Notes: generated by a model not told the origin, from the letters alone. A DNA stretch of 64,000 nucleotides from an uncultured Chloroflexia bacterium (GCA_963719145.1 CAVRAX010000001.1:263708-327707), one strand, 5' to 3'; positions 27,160 to 37,092 are shown, numbered from the stretch's first letter. Made by a program: numbers and translations.

Positions 27160-29622
27160 TCAGACCACGACCGGTGGCTGGTCCGGTTGTGGATAGCTCG
27201 GCCGTCGGACGGTCGGGGTCTCGGGGCGCTCACCGGATCCGGGCTTGGCCGCGCCGGCGAGCGGCTTCGGGCGGCGCCGGAGGGCCGCGTCGAGGACCTG
27301 CTCCATCGAGTCGACGAGGACCAGCTTCATCGACTTGCGGATCTCCTCCGGGATGTCGCGCAGGTCCTTCTCGTTCTTGCGCGGCAGGATCACCATCCTC
27401 GCCCCGGACAGATGCGCGGCGAGGATCTTGCTCTTGAGGCCGCCGATCGGCAGGACCCGGCCACGGAGGGTGATCTCGCCGGTCATCGCCACGTCCTTGC
27501 GGACGGGGACGCCGGTGAAGGCGGAGATCATCGCCGTCGCCATCGTGATCCCGGCAGACGGACCGTCCTTGGGGATCGCCCCGGCGGGGACGTGGATGTG
27601 GAGGGTCTGCTTCTCGAAGGTCTCGCGCGGGATGCCGAGGTCATCGGCGTGGGTCCGGATCCAGGACAGGCCGGCCCGGGCAGATTCGCGCATCACCTCG
27701 CCCAGCTGGCCGGTCAGGATGAAGTCCTCCTTGCCCTCCATGCGGGTGACCTCGATGGCGATGATGTCGCCGCCGACCTCGGTCACGACGAGGCCCGTGG
27801 CGGAGCCGATCTGGTCCTCCGGCTCGAGCTCGCCGTACTCCCAGCGCGGCGGCCCGAGGAACTCGACGAGCTTCTTGCGGTCGACGAGGGTCTTCCGCTT
27901 GCGGCCCTCGGCCACGCTCCGGGCCACCTTGCGCATGACGTTGGCGATCTCGCGCTCGAGATTCCGGACGCCGGCCTCCTTCGTGTAGGCCTGGACGAGC
28001 TCGGTCATCGCCTCGTCGGTGATCTCGATATGGCCGGCCTTCAGGCCGTGGTTGGTCATCTGCTTGGGGACCAGGAAGCGCTTCCCGATCTCGACCTTCT
28101 CGCGCTGGGTGTAGCCCGGCAGCTGGATGATCTCCATGCGGTCGCGGAGCGCCGCCGGGATCGGGTCCATGAGATTCCCGGTGGCGATGAAGAGGACCTT
28201 GCTGAGGTCGAACGGCACCTCGAGGTAGTTGTCCTGGAAGGTGTTGTTCTGCTCCGGGTCGAGGACCTCGAGGAGGGCCGACGAGGGGTCACCCCGGAAG
28301 TCCATCCCGATCTTGTCGACCTCGTCGAGCATGAAGACGGGGTTGTTGGTGCCGGCCGTCTTGATGTTCTGGATGATCCGGCCGGGCAGCGCGCCGATGT
28401 AGGTTCGGCGGTGGCCACGGATCTCGGCTTCGTCGTGGATGCCGCCGAGGCTCATCCGGACGAACTTGCGGCCCATGGCCCGGGCGACGCTCTTGCCGAG
28501 TGAGGTCTTGCCGACGCCGGGCGGGCCGATGAGGGCGAGAATCGGGCTGCGGATCGTGTCCGCGAGCGAGCGGACGGCGAGGTACTCGAGGATCCGCTCC
28601 TTGATCTTCTCGAGGCCGTAGTGGTCCTCGTCGAGGATCTTGGCGGCCTCCTTGATGTCGTAGCGGTCCTCGGTCGTCACGTTCCAGGGCAGGCTGACGA
28701 GCCAGTCGACGTACGTGCGGATGACGCCGACCTCGGGCGAGGCCGACGGGATCCGGCTCATCCGGTCGATCTCCTTGATCGCCCGGGCCTGGACCTCTTC
28801 GGGCATGCCCGACTGCTCGACCTTCTCACGAAGCTCGTTGACCTCGGCCTGCTGCGGGTCGTCCTCGCCGAGCTCGCGCTGGATGGCCTTCAGCTGCTCG
28901 CGAAGGATGTACTCGCGCTGGGTCTTGTCCATCTCGGACTTGACCTCGGACTGGATCTTGCCCTTGAGCTCCAGGATCTCGATCTGGCGGGCGAGGAAGG
29001 TCGACACGAGCTTGAGCCGTTCGACGATGTCGACCGTCTCGAGAAGCTCCTGGCGCTGCTCGGTGGTCATGTCCGGGCTGTAGGCCGTCATGTCCGCGAG
29101 CAGACCGGGCTCGGTGATGTTCTTGGCGGCGACGGCCGCCTCCGGCGGGACCGGCGCTCCGGCCTGGACGTACTGCTCGACCTGGGTCTGGACGGAGCGC
29201 ATCAGCGCCTCGAGCTCGACGTTCGGCGGCGTGGTGTCGTGGAGCTCCTCGACGCGGACTCGAAGATAGGGGCTCGTCGCGGCGAAGCCGTGGACCCTGA
29301 TCCGGGTCTGACCCTGGACGATCGCCCGAACGGTGCCGTCCTGGAGCTGGACGACCTGGGCGATCTTGGCCAGGGTGCCGATCTCGTACAGCTCGGACGG
29401 GTCGTCGATGTCTTCCTGGTCCGCGACGCGCTGGGTCACCAGCCCGATGGGGCTGCCCGCGTCGACCGCGGCATTGAGGGCGGCGACGCTCTTCTCGCGG
29501 CCGACCGTGAGGGGCACGATCATCTCCGGGAAGATCACCGTCTCTCGGAGGGCGACGAGCGGCAGCTCCTGGATCTTCGGTTCGGTCCGCTCGGCGTCTC
29601 GGGTGGATGGTCGCTTGGCCAT
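27160..29622 (-). CDS. lon: ATP-dependent Lon protease
   Basis: 820 aa; LON N-domain, AAA+ motif [15 protein letters not shown], protease domain [19 protein letters not shown]...K. Confidence 0.95.
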   Translation of the reverse strand: MAKRPSTRDAERTEPKIQELPLVALRETVIFPEMIVPLTVGREKSVAALNAAVDAGSPIGLVTQRVADQEDIDDPSELYEIGTLAKIAQVVQLQDGTVRAIVQGQTRIRVHGFAATSPYLRVRVEELHDTTPPNVELEALMRSVQTQVEQYVQAGAPVPPEAAVAAKNITEPGLLADMTAYSPDMTTEQRQELLETVDIVERLKLVSTFLARQIEILELKGKIQSEVKSEMDKTQREYILREQLKAIQRELGEDDPQQAEVNELREKVEQSGMPEEVQARAIKEIDRMSRIPSASPEVGVIRTYVDWLVSLPWNVTTEDRYDIKEAAKILDEDHYGLEKIKERILEYLAVRSLADTIRSPILALIGPPGVGKTSLGKSVARAMGRKFVRMSLGGIHDEAEIRGHRRTYIGALPGRIIQNIKTAGTNNPVFMLDEVDKIGMDFRGDPSSALLEVLDPEQNNTFQDNYLEVPFDLSKVLFIATGNLMDPIPAALRDRMEIIQLPGYTQREKVEIGKRFLVPKQMTNHGLKAGHIEITDEAMTELVQAYTKEAGVRNLEREIANVMRKVARSVAEGRKRKTLVDRKKLVEFLGPPRWEYGELEPEDQIGSATGLVVTEVGGDIIAIEVTRMEGKEDFILTGQLGEVMRESARAGLSWIRTHADDLGIPRETFEKQTLHIHVPAGAIPKDGPSAGITMATAMISAFTGVPVRKDVAMTGEITLRGRVLPIGGLKSKILAAHLSGARMVILPRKNEKDLRDIPEEIRKSMKLVLVDSMEQVLDAALRRRPKPLAGAAKPGSGERPETPTVRRPSYPQPDQPPVVV

Positions 29623-29703
29623 CGAGTTCTCCTGCGTGAAGAGCTCCGGCCGACGGGCCGGTGGCTCATGGTGGGCTGGGTCGGTGGGCCCGGCCGGGCC
29701 CGA

Positions 29704-30066
29704 TCAGGCGGTTGAGTTGCTCGGCTCGCTGTCGGCGGCAGCCTCGGCTGCCTCCGCCGCACTGGCGCCTTCGTCGTAGAGGCGCTCGAGGATCCTCGTC
29801 CCGAGGCGCTCCTCGAGCTCGAACAGGATCCGGACCCCGGCGAGGTTGACGCCGAGGTTTTGGGTCAGATGGCGGATCCACGTGACCCGCCGGATGTCGT
29901 TCTCGGAGTAGAGGCGGATGTTGGTCGGGGTCCGTGCGGGACAGACCAGGCCGGCGTCCTCGTAGATCCGGAGCGTCCGGGGATGGACGCTCACGATGCT
30001 CGCCGCCACGCTGATGACGTAGACGGGTCGCCCCGGATCGCGGGGATCGGGTCGGCGGAAGGTCAC
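29704..30066 (-). CDS. hspR: MerR-family heat-shock repressor HspR
   Basis: HTH VYVISVAASIVSVHPRTLRIYEDAGLVCPARTPTNIRLYSENDIRRVTWIRHL matches S. coelicolor HspR. Likely GTG start at 30064-30066, 26 nt after the hsp20 stop; the track ORF start at 30144 overlaps hsp20. Confidence 0.75.
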   Translation of the reverse strand: MTFRRPDPRDPGRPVYVISVAASIVSVHPRTLRIYEDAGLVCPARTPTNIRLYSENDIRRVTWIRHLTQNLGVNLAGVRILFELEERLGTRILERLYDEGASAAEAAEAAADSEPSNSTA

Positions 30067-30091
30067 CCGCACGGGCCTCGACGCTCCCCGC

Positions 30092-30592
30092 TCAGGCCTT
30101 CGAGGACTCGGCTGGAACGTCCGCCGCTCGACTTGTCGAACCATCGGTGACTGGGGAAATGCGGATCTGGCGGGGCTTCATCTGCTCGGCCTTGGGGATC
30201 TCGAGCTTGAGGACGCCGTGCTCGAAGGTGGCGGTCGCCTTGTCCGGCTCGAGGCCGTTGGGCAGGGTCACCGAGCGGCTGAAGCTGCCGCGGCGGATCT
30301 CCTGGACGAGGTAGCTGCCGTCCTCGGCCTCGCGCTGTTCGGCGGTGCGGCCGGTGATCGTGAGGGTCCCGTTCTCGATCATGATCTCGACGTCCTCGGG
30401 CTTGATGCCCGCGAGAGACGCCTCGACCACGAGGGCGTCAGGCGTGGTCACGACGTCAAGGGGAAGTGCAGGTCCGTCGACGGTCCCGCTCCAGCTGAAC
30501 GGCCGGAACACGTCGTCGTCGAAGAGTCGATCCATCGCCCGGCGAAGGGTCATGAACTCGCCGCGGGGCGGGGTTCGGCGCACGATGGTCAT
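30092..30592 (-). CDS. Hsp20/alpha-crystallin small heat-shock protein
   Basis: MDRLFDDDVFRPF...GVLKLEIPKA, an alpha-crystallin domain. Start taken at the ATG rc at 30590-30592; the GTG at 30601 is also possible. Confidence 0.85.
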   Translation of the reverse strand: MTIVRRTPPRGEFMTLRRAMDRLFDDDVFRPFSWSGTVDGPALPLDVVTTPDALVVEASLAGIKPEDVEIMIENGTLTITGRTAEQREAEDGSYLVQEIRRGSFSRSVTLPNGLEPDKATATFEHGVLKLEIPKAEQMKPRQIRISPVTDGSTSRAADVPAESSKA

Positions 30593-30666
30593 CTCGCACA
30601 CCTCCTGTACTGTGCAATGCGGCCCCCAGAACGGGCCGAATATCCTGATGTCGGGAAGCCTAGAAT

Positions 30667-30687
30667 CCTGACAATGCCATTGTCAAG
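30667..30687. promoter_or_regulatory. HAIR-like inverted repeat (putative HspR operator) upstream of hsp20-hspR
   Basis: CCTGACAATGcCATTGTCAAG, a 21-bp near-perfect palindrome. The outer half-sites CTTGA...TCAAG have the spacing of the HAIR consensus CTTGAGT-N7-ACTCAAG. It lies ~75 bp upstream of the hsp20 start. Confidence 0.5.
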
Positions 30688-30923
30688 ATGGTTGCGAAAT
30701 ATTGATCTGGGTTCGCGAGCCAGGTGATGCCCGCAACGGACTCCAGGGTGCGGCCGTCTCTCGGGGTTTGTGGCCATCCGAGCTCGCAGAACGAGGTGAC
30801 GCCGGACCCGATCTGCCAGGGCCGCACGACGGGAGTGGTCCTCATGACCACGACCGACGGTGGCGCGGCCTGGTCACCGATCCGGCCAGTAGGGCTCGCT
30901 GCGAGCCCTCGTGCGGCGCGGCT

Positions 30924-31610
30924 TCAGGGGCTCGGCGCGGCCGCCACGGCGGAATCGCCGATGAGCTGCTCGTGGAGGGCCGCCTCGCACTCGCTTGGGC
31001 CGATCGCGATGACCTTGTCGCCGACGCGGAGCGTCATGTCGGGTCGGAGCGGGCTGGCGACGCCGCCTCGGACAACCGCGAAGAGCGAGCAGCCCTCGGG
31101 CATCACGATGTCGCCGGCCGGCCGGCCGGCGGCCGGCGAACCCGCCTGGAGGTGGGCCTCGACGATCTCCAGCTCGCCTTCGCCGAGCGCGGCCAGGTGG
31201 AGCAGCTCGTGGACCGGGATGTCCTGCTCGATCGAGGCGAGGACCATCCGCGTCGGGCTGATGATCTCGTCGACGCCGAGGTGCCGGAAGAGGTCCTCGT
31301 TCTTCGGGTTGTTGACCCGGGCGATCGTTCGTCGGACGTCGAAGTGATGCTTGGCCATCTGGCAGATCACGAGGTTGTCCTCGTCGTCGCCGGTGACGGC
31401 GGCCACGATGTCGGCCCGGGCGCAGCCGGCCTCGCCGAGGTACTTGCCCTCGCAGCCGTCGTGGCCCACGACGATCGAGCCGATCTCGTCGGCGATCTGC
31501 TCGGCCCGGGCGCGGTCCTTCTCCATCAGAACGACCTCGTGGCCGTTCTCGATGAGCTCCTTGGACAGGTAATAGCCGACCTTCCCGCCGCCGACCACGA
31601 GGACGAACAC
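30924..31610 (-). CDS. trkA: TrkA-family K+ transport regulatory protein (TrkA-N + TrkA-C)
   Basis: GTG start; FVLVVGGGKVGYYLSKELIENGHEVVLME, a Rossmann NAD-binding fold; C-terminal TrkA-C domain. Confidence 0.85.
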   Translation of the reverse strand: MFVLVVGGGKVGYYLSKELIENGHEVVLMEKDRARAEQIADEIGSIVVGHDGCEGKYLGEAGCARADIVAAVTGDDEDNLVICQMAKHHFDVRRTIARVNNPKNEDLFRHLGVDEIISPTRMVLASIEQDIPVHELLHLAALGEGELEIVEAHLQAGSPAAGRPAGDIVMPEGCSLFAVVRGGVASPLRPDMTLRVGDKVIAIGPSECEAALHEQLIGDSAVAAAPSP

Positions 31611-31612
31611 GG

Positions 31613-32239
31613 CTAACCCTCCCGGCCGGCGGTGGTGCCCGACGTGGTGGCGGCACCGGCGGGCATGTCGGTCGCCGGGGCCCGGCCGGCGGCGGCGCTG
31701 CTGCCCGAGGTGGCAGCCGCCGAGCCCGGTTCAGCGGCGTTCCCGGCGCCGGCTGCGGCGACCGCGGCGCGGAGCGGCGGATGGTTCGCCCCGTCGTGGT
31801 GGCTCGCGTTCGGCGCGATGAGGCTCGGGACCCCGCTCAGCGGGAGCCCGAGATACGTGCTGACGGCATCGGCCAGCATCGTCGTTCGGCAGACGGTGGC
31901 CAGGCCGAGCTCGGCGTAGGCGGCGGCCCGAACCGGATCGTTGATCTTCGCCAGGACGCGTTCGATCTCGAGCTTCTCGACCGCCACCTGGGCGGCCATG
32001 ACGTTCCGGTTGTCGCCCTCGGTCAGCGACAGGAAGACATCGGCGTTCTCGGCCCCCGCCCGGCGCAGAGTGTCCTCGTCTGTTCCGTCCCCGCGGACGG
32101 CGCTGCCCTGAAACTCGATCGGCAGGCGGTCGAACGCCCGGGTCGAGATGTCGAGAACGATGACCTCGTGTCCCGCCGCGTCATACGTCTCGGCCAGCGC
32201 CGCGCCGACCCGGCCGCAGCCGACGATCACGATCTTCAC
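31613..32239 (-). CDS. TrkA-N domain protein (second Trk regulatory subunit)
   Basis: KIVIVGCGRVGAALAETYDAAGHEVIVLD. Likely GTG start at 32237-32239, overlapping the usp stop (GTGA). Ala/Gly-rich C-terminal tail. Confidence 0.75.
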   Translation of the reverse strand: MKIVIVGCGRVGAALAETYDAAGHEVIVLDISTRAFDRLPIEFQGSAVRGDGTDEDTLRRAGAENADVFLSLTEGDNRNVMAAQVAVEKLEIERVLAKINDPVRAAAYAELGLATVCRTTMLADAVSTYLGLPLSGVPSLIAPNASHHDGANHPPLRAAVAAAGAGNAAEPGSAAATSGSSAAAGRAPATDMPAGAATTSGTTAGREG

Positions 32240-32694
32240 GCTCCATCCTCGGGTATGGGCTCGCGTACGACCCACACGGTACACGGCGCGTTCTTCAGGA
32301 CGTACGGAATTGTCCGTCCGATCGCGAAGTCACCTCCGAAGCGCTTCCGGTAGGGAAGTCCCAGCACGAGCAGGTCGGCGTCGCGCTCGGTCGCCTCGTC
32401 CACGAGCGCCGCGCCCACATCGCGCGCCTGGAGGAGCACGGCTTCGAGGTTGATCCGCGAGCCCTCGGCCACGGCCTCGGCCGCGTCGAGGATCTGCTGG
32501 ACCTCCTCGGACCGGCCGGCGACGTCCGCGTCGAGCGGGAGGGACCAGCCGATCTCCACGACGTGGACCGCGGTGAGCTCCGCATGAGCCGGCTTGGCCA
32601 GCTCCGAGACCATGCGCACGATCCGCTCGTCACCGGGTCCGCCGGCGAGGGCGACGAGGGCGCGCCGGAAGACCGGCGCTGTGGTCTCGGACAA
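32236..32694 (-). CDS. Universal stress protein (UspA domain)
   Basis: C-terminal 150 aa of track ORF 32236..33444: VFRRALVALAGGPGDERIVRMVSELAKPAHAELTAVHVVE...DADLLVLGLPYRKRFGGDFAIGRTIPYVLKNAPCTVWVV. Possible TTG start at 32692-32694. The remainder of the track ORF is an artefact overlapping the permease gene. Confidence 0.55.
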   Translation of the reverse strand: MSETTAPVFRRALVALAGGPGDERIVRMVSELAKPAHAELTAVHVVEIGWSLPLDADVAGRSEEVQQILDAAEAVAEGSRINLEAVLLQARDVGAALVDEATERDADLLVLGLPYRKRFGGDFAIGRTIPYVLKNAPCTVWVVREPIPEDGA

Positions 32695-32849
32695 CAGGGT
32701 GGCTGGAGCCTCGGGTTGGGCGGATGTCTGCGGGTCCGCGGGTCCGGGCGCGGGTGGGGCCGTCGCGGCGGTCACGATACCACCGCGGGCCGCGTCCGCG
32801 ATCCCTCGCCACGCGCCCCACGTCGAGACCGGCCCGGGTCGGAGAAGGG

Positions 32850-34769
32850 TCAGTGGTCGCGTCGATACGGGACGTCGGCGATGACGGTGTGCTCGCGGCC
32901 GACGATCGCGGCCTTGAGCCGCTTCGCGGTCTGGTTGTAGAGGACCCGGTCCCACCAGCGCTTGGCGACGTACTCGGGCAGGACGACGATCGTCACCGGG
33001 GCCTCGCGGTCTGGCGGCCACGTCTCGGCGAGGACGTCGAGGTAGGCCACGAATGGCTCGACGATCGCCCGATACGGCGACTCGACGATGACCAGCGGGA
33101 TGCCCGGGAGCTGCCGTTCCCAGCGGCGGCGAAGTGCCTCGCCGTCCTCGGCATCCTCGGTGATGTAGACGGCCCGAACGTCCGGGGCGAGGGTCCGGGC
33201 GAAGGTCACCGCCTGGACCACGGCCCGGTTGATGCCGTTGACCGGGACCACCACCCGCTGGTCGCGGTTCGGCCCCGCGAAGACGGTGTCCTCGCGGACG
33301 TGGAGCTCCTGTGCCTGGGCCTCGTACTGGCGGCGGATACCGAGCTGGAGGAGGACGAGGAGCGGGATGAGGGCGAGGACGATCAGCGACTCCGGGGCCT
33401 TGGCGTAGGTCACCACGACAGCCACGATCGCGGTGAGGACGCAACCGAAGGCGTTGATCGTCAACCGTCGCCGCCAGCCCGACGGGCGCTCCCGCAGCCA
33501 GTGCCGGATCATGCCGGCCTGGCTGATGGTGAAGTCGATGAAGACGCCGACCGCGTAGAGCGGGATCAGGAGGTGGGTCTCGCCCTTGAAGGCCCAGACC
33601 AGGGTCGAGGCCACGACCGCCAGGGCGATGATCCCGTAGGAATAGGCCAGGCGATCACCGCGGAGCGCGAACTGGCGCGGCATGTGGCTGTCGCCGGCCA
33701 GGATCGCGAGCAGCCGGGGAAAGGCGTTGAAGCTCGTGTTCGCGGCGAGGAACAGGAGCAGTGCGGTGAACGACTGGAACAGGTAGAACGGAATCGAGCC
33801 GTCGCCGTAGACGTGTCGGGCGACCTGGCTGATGACGGTCTGCTTCTCGGGCAGCTCGACGTGGGTCAGCCCGAAGTTCACCGCCAGGAAGGTGATCCCG
33901 ATGAAGAGCACACCGAGGAGCGCGGCCATCGCCGCGAGGGTCGTGGCGGCGTTCTTCGATTCGGGCGGCTTGAAGGCCGGAACGCCGGTCGCGATCGCCT
34001 CGGTCCCGGTCAGGGCGACGGCTCCGGCGGCGAAGGCCTTGAGGAGGAGCAGGACGCCGACGTTCTCGACCGTCGTCTGGCCCGCGGCTGCGAGGGCCTG
34101 ATCAACGGCGGCGTCGGAGAAGTCGCCGTGCTCGCCGCCGACGACGATCCGGAACGTCCCGATCGCGATCATGAGCAGCGTCGACCCCACGAAGAGGTAC
34201 GTCGGGATCGCGAAGATGTTGCCGGCCTCGCGGAGGCCCCGCAGGTTGCCGATCGTGATCAGGGTGATCGCGGCGATCCCGATGACGACCCGCTGGTCGA
34301 TGAGCGCCGGGATCGCCGAGGTGATCTGCTCCACGGCCGAGGTCGTCGAGACGGCGACCGTCATGACGTAGTCGATCAGGAGCGCCGAGGCCGCGATCAG
34401 CGACGCGTTCCGACCGAAGTTCCGTTTCGAGACGGAGTACGAGCCGCCACCGCTGGGATAGGCCAGGCACACCTGGCGGTAGCTGAAGGCCACCGCGACG
34501 AGAAGGATCGTGATCGCGATTGCGATCTGGAGCCCAAGGACCAGCCCGGCGACACCGGCGAGGATGAGGACGCGCAGGATCTCCTCGGTTGCGTAGGCCG
34601 ATGACGAGATCGCGTCGGAGCTGAAGATGGCGAGGGCCTTCCTCTTCGAGAGCCGCTCCCCGATCTCCTCGCCCGATGCCAGCGGCCGGCCGAGGAAGAA
34701 CCGCCGGAGGGCGGCCCAGACGCGGCCGGGCCCGGTCGTCGGCGTGCTCGCGGCCGCCTTGGCCGTCAT
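32850..34769 (-). CDS. APC-superfamily transporter with cytoplasmic C-terminal domain (KimA-like K+ or amino-acid transporter)
   Basis: Start at MTAKAAAST (ATG rc at 34767-34769); ~12 TM helices of the amino-acid-permease fold plus a ~200-aa soluble C-terminal domain; adjacent to the trkA genes. Confidence 0.75.
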   Translation of the reverse strand: MTAKAAASTPTTGPGRVWAALRRFFLGRPLASGEEIGERLSKRKALAIFSSDAISSSAYATEEILRVLILAGVAGLVLGLQIAIAITILLVAVAFSYRQVCLAYPSGGGSYSVSKRNFGRNASLIAASALLIDYVMTVAVSTTSAVEQITSAIPALIDQRVVIGIAAITLITIGNLRGLREAGNIFAIPTYLFVGSTLLMIAIGTFRIVVGGEHGDFSDAAVDQALAAAGQTTVENVGVLLLLKAFAAGAVALTGTEAIATGVPAFKPPESKNAATTLAAMAALLGVLFIGITFLAVNFGLTHVELPEKQTVISQVARHVYGDGSIPFYLFQSFTALLLFLAANTSFNAFPRLLAILAGDSHMPRQFALRGDRLAYSYGIIALAVVASTLVWAFKGETHLLIPLYAVGVFIDFTISQAGMIRHWLRERPSGWRRRLTINAFGCVLTAIVAVVVTYAKAPESLIVLALIPLLVLLQLGIRRQYEAQAQELHVREDTVFAGPNRDQRVVVPVNGINRAVVQAVTFARTLAPDVRAVYITEDAEDGEALRRRWERQLPGIPLVIVESPYRAIVEPFVAYLDVLAETWPPDREAPVTIVVLPEYVAKRWWDRVLYNQTAKRLKAAIVGREHTVIADVPYRRDH

Positions 34770-34887
34770 CCGGCCCTTGCCGCTCCAGCGGAAGTAGGCG
34801 GAGTGGGGCCGCTCGACGCGAACCCGACGGTCGCCGAGCTTCCGCCCGCGGAGCGGCTGCCGACCGCCGATCACGGTGGGTCGACGG

Positions 34888-35610
34888 TCACAGGCCGACC
34901 CCGAGGCGGGCGACCAGCCAGGCCGGGAGGCCGGCCGCAGCCATCGCCGCCTGGACGGCCTCGATGTCGTAGGCGACCCGTTGCCAGCTCACGCTGTCTG
35001 CGTCGGTGTCGAGGACGAGGAACGAGCTTCGGGGGTCGCCATCGCGAGCCTGGCCGACGCTACCCGGGTTGACGAGGCAGCGACGACCGCGGAGCTCCAG
35101 GACGGACCCGTCGCCGGGGCTGACGACCTCGATCCGACCGTCCTCCTCGAGGAATGCCACGGGAATGTGCGTGTGGCCGTGGAGCCCGACCCGCGTCTCC
35201 AGGACGGCGAGGTTGGCGCGGGCGACGGGAACCGATGTGACGTACTCCCAGAGCGGCTCGCGCGGGCTCCCGTGGACAAGGGTGCAACCGGCGCGCCGGA
35301 TGACTTCCGGCAGCGCCTCGAGCCAGGTCGTGGTGGCCGGCGCGATCCGGTCCCGCGTCCACTCGATCGCCCGCCTGGCGTCGGGGTTGAACCAGTCGAT
35401 CTCCGAGCTGCCGAGCGCCGCCGCATCGTGGTTGCCCCGGACGCCGATTGCCCCCACGGTCCGCAGCCGCTCGACCACCGCGTCCGGCTCTGGTCCGTAC
35501 CCCACGGTGTCGCCGAGGTGCCAGACGGCGTCCACGCTCCCGAGGGCTGCGAGGACCGCGTCGAGGGCGATGAGGTTGGCGTGGATGTCGGACAGGACCG
35601 CGATCCGCAT
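34888..35610 (-). CDS. Metallophosphoesterase (YfcE/MJ0936 calcineurin-like family)
   Basis: MRIAVLSDIHANLIALDAVL...HLGDTVGYGP...GNHD...GHTH, typical MPP motifs. Confidence 0.8.
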   Translation of the reverse strand: MRIAVLSDIHANLIALDAVLAALGSVDAVWHLGDTVGYGPEPDAVVERLRTVGAIGVRGNHDAAALGSSEIDWFNPDARRAIEWTRDRIAPATTTWLEALPEVIRRAGCTLVHGSPREPLWEYVTSVPVARANLAVLETRVGLHGHTHIPVAFLEEDGRIEVVSPGDGSVLELRGRRCLVNPGSVGQARDGDPRSSFLVLDTDADSVSWQRVAYDIEAVQAAMAAAGLPAWLVARLGVGL

Positions 35611-35637
35611 TCGGCTGCCAGCGTACCAGCGCCGGAG

Positions 35638-36474
35638 TCACCATGGCCGCCGCTTCCGGACCGCGGGCGGGCGCGGATATCCGCTCGGTGTGGGCCCGGT
35701 CTTGGTCACCTCGACGAGGACGTGGCCGGACAGCCCAAGGCCGGCCGGGAAGGGGTGGACGGCGGGCTCTCTGGCCTCGAGGGCGAGCGCCGCCCGACGT
35801 CCGGCCTCGAGCTCGACGGACAGATCGCCCCGCTTCCAGGCGACCAGCCGGCCGCCGACGACGAGAAGGGGCAGGGCCAGCTCGAGGAGGTCGTCGAGCG
35901 CCGCCACGGCACGGGCCGTGACGACGTCCCACCCACCGGCGGCGGACGACGGCGGGCGGAGGTCCTCGGCCCGGCCGGTCGCGACGTCGACCCGCTCCCC
36001 GAGCCCGACGGCCTGCCGGACGGCCTCGAGGAAGGCGGTCTTCTTGGCGATCGAATCCAGGAGCGTGACGCGGCTCTCGGCCAGGCTGGCGGCCAGCGGC
36101 AGCCCCGGGAAGCCGCCGCCGCTGCCGAGGTCGAGGATGGAGCCGTGCGGGCCGGACCGGATCAGCTCCACCGCGGCGAGGCTGTCGGCGACGTGGCGAT
36201 GGGCGATCTCGGCCGGAGATGCCGCCGCGATGAGGTTGATCGCCTCGTTCCAGGCGATGAGCAGCCGGACGTGTCCATCGATTGCCGCGCGGGCGTCCCC
36301 GCCCGGCGCGAGGCCGAGGATCACGAGGGCCTGCCCGAGCGCACCTTCGAACTCGTCGGGGAGAGAAGGACGGGAACCGACGTCCGTCGGGAGCGGTTCT
36401 CGCTGGCGGTTCAGGCGTGCCTCCTCGCGAGGTGACGCGCCGCCGCCGGAGAGAGCCACCCCCGGCGTCGTCAT
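35638..36474 (-). CDS. rsmG: 16S rRNA (guanine527-N7)-methyltransferase
   Basis: LIAWNEAINLIAAASPAEIAHRHVADSL...ILDLGSGGGFPGLPLA...VTLLDSIAKKTAFLE, typical GidB/RsmG. Confidence 0.85.
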   Translation of the reverse strand: MTTPGVALSGGGASPREEARLNRQREPLPTDVGSRPSLPDEFEGALGQALVILGLAPGGDARAAIDGHVRLLIAWNEAINLIAAASPAEIAHRHVADSLAAVELIRSGPHGSILDLGSGGGFPGLPLAASLAESRVTLLDSIAKKTAFLEAVRQAVGLGERVDVATGRAEDLRPPSSAAGGWDVVTARAVAALDDLLELALPLLVVGGRLVAWKRGDLSVELEAGRRAALALEAREPAVHPFPAGLGLSGHVLVEVTKTGPTPSGYPRPPAVRKRRPW

Positions 36475-36670
36475 TCCATCGCAGCCGTGACCTCGGTCTG
36501 GCGCGCCTCGGCAGGTTCGTGGCCGGGTCTCCCCGTGCCCCTCGCGAGCCGCGCTCCCCGGTGCCGCCCCGGTGCGGATGCTGGACGCTACGAGCCGCCG
36601 TTCGCCGCGTCAACCAGGTTATCCACGAAGACCGGCGGATCAGCGCGGGCGGCAGTGGAAAACCTGCGGA

Positions 36671-37018
36671 TCAGCTCCTGGTAGCGCTCCGGACGGGGCG
36701 CCCGAGCGTTCGCCGGACGACATCGACCACCTCGTCGACGTAGCGGTCCGCGTCACCGTGCTCGGCGGCGGTCCGGACGCAGCCCTGGACATGGTCTTCC
36801 AGGACGAGGATGGCCAGGGAGTCGACCGCGGCGCGGAGGGCGGACGTCTGCTGGAGGATGTCGACGCAGTACTCCTCCCGCTCGATCATCCGGGCGATGC
36901 CGCGAACCTGGCCCTCGATTCGGGCGAGCCGGCGGACCAGCTGCGCCCGATCCTTCGAGTAGCTGTGTCGAAACGTGTCCGTGCCGTGGGCCGCGGCGTG
37001 GCCGGATGTCGTCGCCAT
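36671..37018 (-). CDS. csoR: CsoR-family metal-sensing transcriptional repressor (Cys-His-Cys, Cu(I)-sensor type)
   Basis: 115 aa from MATTSGHAAAHGT (ATG rc at 37016-37018): LVRRLARIEGQVRGIARMIEREEYCVDILQQTSALRAAVDSLAILVLEDHVQGCV, the CsoR signature with putative C-H-C ligands. Confidence 0.8.
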   Translation of the reverse strand: MATTSGHAAAHGTDTFRHSYSKDRAQLVRRLARIEGQVRGIARMIEREEYCVDILQQTSALRAAVDSLAILVLEDHVQGCVRTAAEHGDADRYVDEVVDVVRRTLGRPVRSATRS

Positions 37019-37075
37019 GAGGCGGGATGCTGCTCCCCTCTGTCGCCGTCGATGGGCCCGACGGTTCTCTCGATC

Positions 37076-37092
37076 ATACCCCCTGGGGGTAT
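37076..37092. promoter_or_regulatory. Putative CsoR operator (GC-tract palindrome)
   Basis: ATACCCCCTGGGGGTAT, an 8-1-8 perfect inverted repeat resembling known CsoR operators (for example B. subtilis ATACCCTACGGGGGTAT). It is 58 bp upstream of csoR and 60 bp upstream of the divergent Zn-ribbon gene. Confidence 0.55.

Noticed and set aside
24763-28503. 1246-aa plus-strand ORF (and the similar 23829..26111 ORF)
   Set aside because: It runs antisense across clpB, dnaJ and lon, all of which have strong family signatures. The composition is Arg/Ala/Ser-rich and featureless. High-GC artefact.
36475-36670. Possible ncRNA in the 196-bp rsmG-csoR spacer
   Set aside because: There are only short direct repeats (GCGGATCAGC x2), with no convincing structure and no known motif. 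Left unannotated.
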